From assembly GCA_040255215.1 (NCBI GenBank), contig JBDZUM010000005.1, positions 1 to 60,167 on the forward strand: a DNA stretch of 60,167 nucleotides. Direction: 5' to 3'. The translations under genes and the position numbers were made by a program. This document shows positions 56,001 through 60,167 of the stretch, piece by piece. The notes under the pieces are model-generated. The model had not been told where the DNA came from, did no database searches, and saw nothing but the letters and a program-made list of their open reading frames with translations. The first letter of the stretch is position 1. Every line of letters begins with the position of its first letter. Origin of the DNA: Rhodospirillaceae bacterium (GTDB lineage: Bacteria; Pseudomonadota; Alphaproteobacteria; Reyranellales; JAQSWP01).

Positions 56001-58016
56001 CTGCACGTAGCCGTCGAAACGCGGGCGCATGCCGACATAGCTGTCGCGCGGCCGCACGGGCAGCGAGATCTCGTCGCGCGTGGCGCGACCGCCGGGTTCG
56101 AAGATCGAGACCGAAATATTGGCCTTAAGCGGCGTCGTCAGCGGCTCGATCTTCTCGATCTTGCCAGTCGCGACCGTCTTGCCTTGGGCATCCGTCTTGA
56201 CGATGGCCAGCGGCACGATGGTTTCCTTGACCTTCTCGCCGGTCAGGCCGAAGCGGAATCCCGGCAATTTCGGAAAGGCCAATGGATCGGCGACGATGCG
56301 CATCTCCGCTTCGCCTTCGAGTTCGGCTGCAGGGGCGCCGTAAAGGAACCGACTGTCGACCGAAACCGACACTTCGTCGCCGATCTTCAGTGGCTTGTCC
56401 TTGTCGGCGGCGAGGGCCAGCTTGAGCCGCTGCGGCACGAAATCCTCGACGCTGAATTCGGCGGTGCCGACCGGCTGCGCCTTGGGATCGACATAGGCGC
56501 TGACGCTCCAGCGTCCGCGGCGGGCCGACGGGCTGAGATCGATACCGAAGCTCACTGTGCCGGCGCTGGTGCCGGCCAAAGTCGTGCGACGGTATTCGAC
56601 GCCGTCGGAGCGGCGCACGATCAGCGTCAGCGGCGCGTCGAGCGCATTGGCGGTACGGTCGCGCAGCATCGCCGTGACATGGACCGTTTCGCCCGGGCGA
56701 TAGATGCCGCGGTCGAGATAGACGAAGGCGTCGGTGGCGCCGGGTGCGGCGCGGCCCTCGACGCCGCGATCCGAGAGATCGAAGCCGGCGCGGCTGAGGC
56801 TGAGATAGTTGAAATCGCTGCCGTTCGGCCCGTAGGCCATGACGGCGACCGGCGCGTTGCCGCCGCTGCCGCGCAGCAGGCCGGGCGGGAAGGCGGCATA
56901 GCCCTGAGCGTCCGTCGTTACCTTGCCCAGCTCGTCGTTGTTGTTGGCGATCAGCGCCAGGGTGATGCCGGGCATCGGCTTGGCGCTGGCCAGCGAGCGA
57001 GACATGACGTGCAACCCGTCCGTGCCGGTCAGGACGGTAAGCCCGATATCGGAATCGATCACCCACTGCGAGGCGGTTTCGTAGTTGTAGTTGAACGAGC
57101 TGTAGTCGTTGGTGGGCTCGATCTTGCCGTCGGCGGCGTTCCAGGCGACCACGAGATAGGCGCCGGGCTTCCATTCCTTGACCGCCTCGCGGATCGGGAA
57201 CGCCGTCACCACGGTCTCGTTGGGGCCGCCCTTGACGGGCATGGTGCCTTCCCAGACCTGCGAACCGGTATCCTGCAGCACGTCCTGGATGCGCCAGGGG
57301 CGCATGCGCTTCTGCTCGAACTCGTCCGGCGACAGGCGCGCCATGATGCGGTCGGAAACGCGCAGCACCTTGAGGCGCACCGTGTCGACATTGACGGTGG
57401 TGATGGGCACGCCGACGCTGGTCTCGCGCGGCAGGATCAGGCCGGAGCCGCTGAAGGCGACCATCGCCGGGCGTTCGCCCATGGCGACCTTGACGGTCTC
57501 GGCGCGTTCCAGCGCCTTGCCGTCCACCGCTGCGGGCAATCCGGCGAGAAGCTCGACGTCGTAGTCGCGGCCGAACGCCAGACCGCCAAGGCAGAGACGG
57601 TCGCCCGCGACACGGATCGCGACCTTGGCCGCCGGCGTGATCTTCACATAGTCGTCGTAACGCACGCTGCCGCCTTCGTTCAGCACATGGGTGAAGCTGA
57701 AGCAGGCTTCGACCAGGTCTTTCGAACCATCGATGGTGAGGCGGCGATAGGCGAAATCCGGCGCTGACGGAGGGGCGGCAGGCGTCGCCGGCGTCGTGGT
57801 GGCGGCATTGCTGGTGCCGGCCGCAGGCTGGCCGCCGCTTGCCGGTGTCGTCGGTGCTGCCGGCGTTGCCGGCGCGGGACTCGGCGTCTGAGGCGCGGAG
57901 GCGCTTTGCTCGGTCCGGTCGAATGGCGCGTTCGGCCCCAGCAGGGTGAAATAGCCAATGGCCGCGATCGCCATGACGGCGGCGATCAGCAGGATGACGA
58001 CGGTCGTGCGCTTCAT
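53040..58016 (-). CDS. bacterial alpha-2-macroglobulin family protein (YfhM-like, thioester-containing)
   Basis: ORF 53040..58058. ATG 58016 follows GGAG. About 1658 aa. N-terminal TM anchor MKRTTVVILLIAAVMAIAAIGYF, then a Pro/Ala/Thr-rich linker. Thioester motif GCLEQ; the CLEQ codons are at 54414-54425 on the minus strand. Confidence 0.9.
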   Translation of the reverse strand: MKRTTVVILLIAAVMAIAAIGYFTLLGPNAPFDRTEQSASAPQTPSPAPATPAAPTTPASGGQPAAGTSNAATTTPATPAAPPSAPDFAYRRLTIDGSKDLVEACFSFTHVLNEGGSVRYDDYVKITPAAKVAIRVAGDRLCLGGLAFGRDYDVELLAGLPAAVDGKALERAETVKVAMGERPAMVAFSGSGLILPRETSVGVPITTVNVDTVRLKVLRVSDRIMARLSPDEFEQKRMRPWRIQDVLQDTGSQVWEGTMPVKGGPNETVVTAFPIREAVKEWKPGAYLVVAWNAADGKIEPTNDYSSFNYNYETASQWVIDSDIGLTVLTGTDGLHVMSRSLASAKPMPGITLALIANNNDELGKVTTDAQGYAAFPPGLLRGSGGNAPVAVMAYGPNGSDFNYLSLSRAGFDLSDRGVEGRAAPGATDAFVYLDRGIYRPGETVHVTAMLRDRTANALDAPLTLIVRRSDGVEYRRTTLAGTSAGTVSFGIDLSPSARRGRWSVSAYVDPKAQPVGTAEFSVEDFVPQRLKLALAADKDKPLKIGDEVSVSVDSRFLYGAPAAELEGEAEMRIVADPLAFPKLPGFRFGLTGEKVKETIVPLAIVKTDAQGKTVATGKIEKIEPLTTPLKANISVSIFEPGGRATRDEISLPVRPRDSYVGMRPRFDGYVQEGSPAEFEIALVDAKGERLARPGLKWELVREHRNYQWYRTGNSWRWEVYSRDIPVTSGTIDVEADKLAVVSQTQSWGRYRLIVTDPTTGAASSISYYSGWASSQVAETPDLVKVTADKQTYAKGETARVRIEAPFTGEATIVIAGDRIFERRLVSVAAEGTTVDIPVSADWGSGAYALVSAFRPLAQKNDRAPVRAIGLVWLGVDVSDRKLAVEIGTPDKILPRQKIEVPIKVAQAGPEAFVTLAAVDEGILQLTKFQSPDPSQHFFGKRRLTLGIRDDYGRLLDGAADVVGQIRTGGDSAAGRGLEVVPTRTVALYSGIVKLDAEGKASIPLDIPDFTGELRLMAVAFDRARVGQSSKPLTVRDALVSDVTLPRFLAPGDESRISLLLHNVEATPGAYQVSLTASGAVSLPAVNQSVDMPAGKRQIFGWPVKAEQVGIGKFDLKITGPNGFEVARDWQIQVRPAQAPQTVELVSSVKPGESFTVDAASLETFVPGSATVSVSMASVRGFDVAGLLTALDKYPFGCLEQTTSRALPLLYFGELAAVSGIQTDKALPTRIQEAASRILDMQRPDGGFGMWGPGLYAADPWLQIFALDFLIQAKAKDFAVPDAAVMRGLNWVRGTLSEFSPEARAYGFYVLARAGQADVGQLRYFQDTDLRNIRTGLGRGHLAAALALTGEKARALTAFQQSRQAVGSVIRGDYYGTALRDAAGLTAVAALAGQTDMLPALTDRLRRFDKVSIENTTTQEKAWMLLAAHAMTQTATPLTLEVNGDPVKPKREPAMFYPDAAKVAANPMAIRNTTDREIWGTLSVRGVPKAMQPAVARGMRVDRVFRKLDGSAADLSKVVQNDRLMVVLTGRALDKSYHEVALLDLLPAGWEIEAVIPYVQDGEQAYSWLPKISFSRTREARDDRFFASFTFGKPTYFGSYRGNYYYEEEETAEFALAYVVRAVTPGTYVLPPAQIEDMYRPGVIGRTNGGTVTVLPRP

Positions 58017-58225
58017 GGCGGTCTCCACCGAACGGCAGTCTTGTTTTGACCGGCGCATCTTAGCGCGCCGGACACTGCTCCGTGACTGCTATTCAGCGCC
58101 TCGTTTTGCGGAAAATATGTGGCGGCCCGGCGTGCGGAATGCGTCGGGTTTTCAATTGGCGGCTGCTGTGGGAAACCTGCCACAGTCCTGTTGCGGAAAG
58201 GCGTCGGGCAGTCGTAAACAGACGC

Positions 58226-58654
58226 ATGACCCTGAACCTGATCAAGCTTGCCGTCGGCGCCTCGTCCATGGAGGAGATCGCCAAGTTTCAGGAGAAGCGC
58301 CGCAAGGAGCGACGCCAGAAGCCTGGATCGCCGCATCGCGTGTTCACGCGTTCCACGCCCAAGCGCCAGGCGGAACTTCTGGAGGGCGGATCGCTCTACT
58401 GGGTTATCAAGGGCTACATCAGGGCGCGCCAGAAACTGGTCGGCTTCGACGAGGCCAGCGACGATCAAGGCCGCAAATACTGCGTGTTCCTGGTCGAGCG
58501 CGAACTCGTTCCGACGGCCATGCGCGCCATGCAGCCGTTCCAAGGCTGGCGCTACCTCGAGCCGGCGCGGGCGCCGGCCGATGCCCGACCCGGCGATTCC
58601 GCCGATGCTCCGCCGGAAATGGCCGCGGAACTGCGTCGGCTGGGCCTGATCTGA
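58226..58654 (+). CDS. DUF1489-like conserved hypothetical protein
   Basis: ATG 58226 within ORF 58082..58654; 142 aa; MTLNLIKLAVGASSMEEIAKFQ...GGSLYWVIKGYIRARQKLVGFD...RYLEP resembles the alphaproteobacterial DUF1489 family (from memory). Confidence 0.6.
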   Translation: MTLNLIKLAVGASSMEEIAKFQEKRRKERRQKPGSPHRVFTRSTPKRQAELLEGGSLYWVIKGYIRARQKLVGFDEASDDQGRKYCVFLVERELVPTAMRAMQPFQGWRYLEPARAPADARPGDSADAPPEMAAELRRLGLI

Positions 58655-58721
58655 CCGATCTGCGGGGTTACGCCCCGCCGTCTCGCCGCCTATCCTGTGC
58701 CGGGGAAAGACGGGGGCAGGG

Positions 58722-60167
58722 GTGCAGAAGGGGCTGGGCGCAATCGGCCTGCTGGGTTTCGTCGCGGTCGCGCTGGGCATCGCCTTCGCCTGCGGCCGGT
58801 TCGACCAGCGCGTATTCGACGACGAGGCGCTGACCCTGGCGGCGATCGACGGCTGGGGCTATGTCGACCTGCTGCGCTTCTATATCGGTGGCCAGGACGT
58901 CCACCCGCCGCTGTCGTTTCTCTGGTTCCGCGCCCTGGCCGATCTCGGCCTGCCGCTCTGGCTGCAGCGCGGCCTGTCGCTGGTGATCGCCGCGACGGGG
59001 TTCGCGCTGATGCTGGACCTGGTCTGGCGGCGCCTGCCCGACGATGCCGCCGCCTCCCGCCTGCTGGCGCTGGCGCTGTTTCTCGGCGCGCCGCTGCTCT
59101 ATGGCATGGGGGCGGCCCTGCGCTGGTATCCGCTGCTGGTGCTGCCGGTGGCGATCGCCATCGTCAGTGCACTCGATCGCGGCCGACCGACCATGGCGGC
59201 CGGCATCGCCTTCGGCATTGCGGCCAATATCAGTTTTCTCGCCGGCATCCCGGCTGCGGCGTATCTCGGCTGGCGCTATCTGGGGATGCGCAAGTTCGAT
59301 GCCGCCTGGGACGTGCCGTTCCTGCTGGTCATGGGCCTGCTGGCCGCGCCGGCGCTGCTGTCCTTTGGCCTCTCCGCCCTGAACCTGCCGGCGCAGTTCG
59401 AAGCCAATTTGTTGCAATCGGTCGGCATGACGGCGCTGGGGCTGATCGGCGGCTATGGGCTGGGCCTGACCCAGAGCCTGATCGCCGTGCCGTTCGCCCT
59501 GTTCTGCCTGCTGGCGGCGTTCGGCGCGCTGCTGGGCTTCCGACGGCCGTCGACCGGCGACCTGCTGAGCATCTCGCTGATCGTGGCTTTTCTCTGCGCC
59601 GGCCTCGCCGTCGCCGGCTTCGCCAAGCCACGCTCGCTGCTGTTTGCGGTGCCGTTTCTGCTGGCGCTGGTGGTGCTCGGCGGTTCCTGCCTGCCGTGGC
59701 GGCGCGGCCATGCCATAGCCACCGCGATATTCGGGCTGGTCGTCAGCGTCGCCGCCCTGTGGCTGCTGATCGATAACGACCGGCCGTTCAAGCGCAATCT
59801 TTATATTCCGGACCAGGAGATTCTGGCGACGATCCGTCAGCACGCGCCGGCCGGCGACAGCCTGGTGATTACGTCGGAGCCGTCGCTGGCGCTGCAACTG
59901 CGCACTCTCGGATACTGCGTCATTGCCGCGTCGCTGCCCGACAATTGCGCCCGGCGCCGCGCGCCGGTGCTGGTGGTGATCGACGACGGCACGTTCACGC
60001 AGCGCCCGGGATTCGAGGCGGCGACCAGCGGCATCGCCCGCGAGCATCGCCTCATCGAACAGTTCCTGTTCGGCGACGACGAAGACGCGCCGATTAAGCA
60101 GTTCCTTACCAGCCGGCGGGTGCCGAAATGGCTGGTCAGCGTCGCGATCTATCGCGGCGAAGGGTAG
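58722..60167 (+). CDS. polytopic membrane protein, GT39/ArnT-like glycosyltransferase fold (tentative)
   Basis: 481 aa, GTG start. About 10 hydrophobic segments followed by a soluble C-terminal domain. N-terminal region FDDEALTLAAIDG...DVHPPLSFLWF resembles the first periplasmic loop (DE..HPPL) of GT-C mannosyl/arabinosyl transferases. Confidence 0.5.
   Translation: MQKGLGAIGLLGFVAVALGIAFACGRFDQRVFDDEALTLAAIDGWGYVDLLRFYIGGQDVHPPLSFLWFRALADLGLPLWLQRGLSLVIAATGFALMLDLVWRRLPDDAAASRLLALALFLGAPLLYGMGAALRWYPLLVLPVAIAIVSALDRGRPTMAAGIAFGIAANISFLAGIPAAAYLGWRYLGMRKFDAAWDVPFLLVMGLLAAPALLSFGLSALNLPAQFEANLLQSVGMTALGLIGGYGLGLTQSLIAVPFALFCLLAAFGALLGFRRPSTGDLLSISLIVAFLCAGLAVAGFAKPRSLLFAVPFLLALVVLGGSCLPWRRGHAIATAIFGLVVSVAALWLLIDNDRPFKRNLYIPDQEILATIRQHAPAGDSLVITSEPSLALQLRTLGYCVIAASLPDNCARRRAPVLVVIDDGTFTQRPGFEAATSGIAREHRLIEQFLFGDDEDAPIKQFLTSRRVPKWLVSVAIYRGEG

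Overview
Visibly high-GC (about two-thirds G+C by eye, not computed) chromosomal window. Gene order and content look alphaproteobacterial (Hyphomicrobiales/Rhizobiales-like). 1-11.4 kb: the 3' part of the S10 operon plus the spc and alpha ribosomal-protein operons (rplB' to rplQ, with secY, adk, rpoA). There is no rpmJ, infA or rpsD, as is usual in this class. 11.4-29 kb: housekeeping genes (DegP-like protease, rarA, crcB, an RluA-family pseudouridine synthase, an AsmA-family protein, ATP12 chaperone, propionyl-CoA carboxylase pccBA, acylphosphatase, lipB, tRNA-Leu(GAG), NADP-malic enzyme, mgtE). 29-51 kb: a branched-chain acyl-CoA/leucine catabolic region in two blocks. Block 1 is LysR regulator, two hotdog thioesterases, isovaleryl-CoA dehydrogenase, thiolase, RidA, SDR and a second acyl-CoA dehydrogenase. 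Block 2 is methylcrotonyl-CoA carboxylase beta, enoyl-CoA hydratase, MCC alpha and HMG-CoA lyase. Between the blocks lies an accessory-looking stretch: a soluble class III nucleotidyl cyclase, a TRAP transporter, a TIGR02466-like putative oxygenase, a CBS-pair protein and the most interesting element. That element is a TPR + beta-barrel outer-membrane protein translationally coupled to two paralogous secreted FecR-domain proteins (41.7-44.5 kb). 51-60 kb: a thioester-containing alpha-2-macroglobulin/PBP1C operon, a DUF1489-like protein and a polytopic GT39/ArnT-like membrane protein. I saw no CRISPR arrays, IS elements, integrases, rRNA genes or prophage genes. Many long ORFs opposite or out of frame with these genes are GC-driven shadow ORFs. 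All family assignments are motif and similarity recognition by eye; no searches were run.
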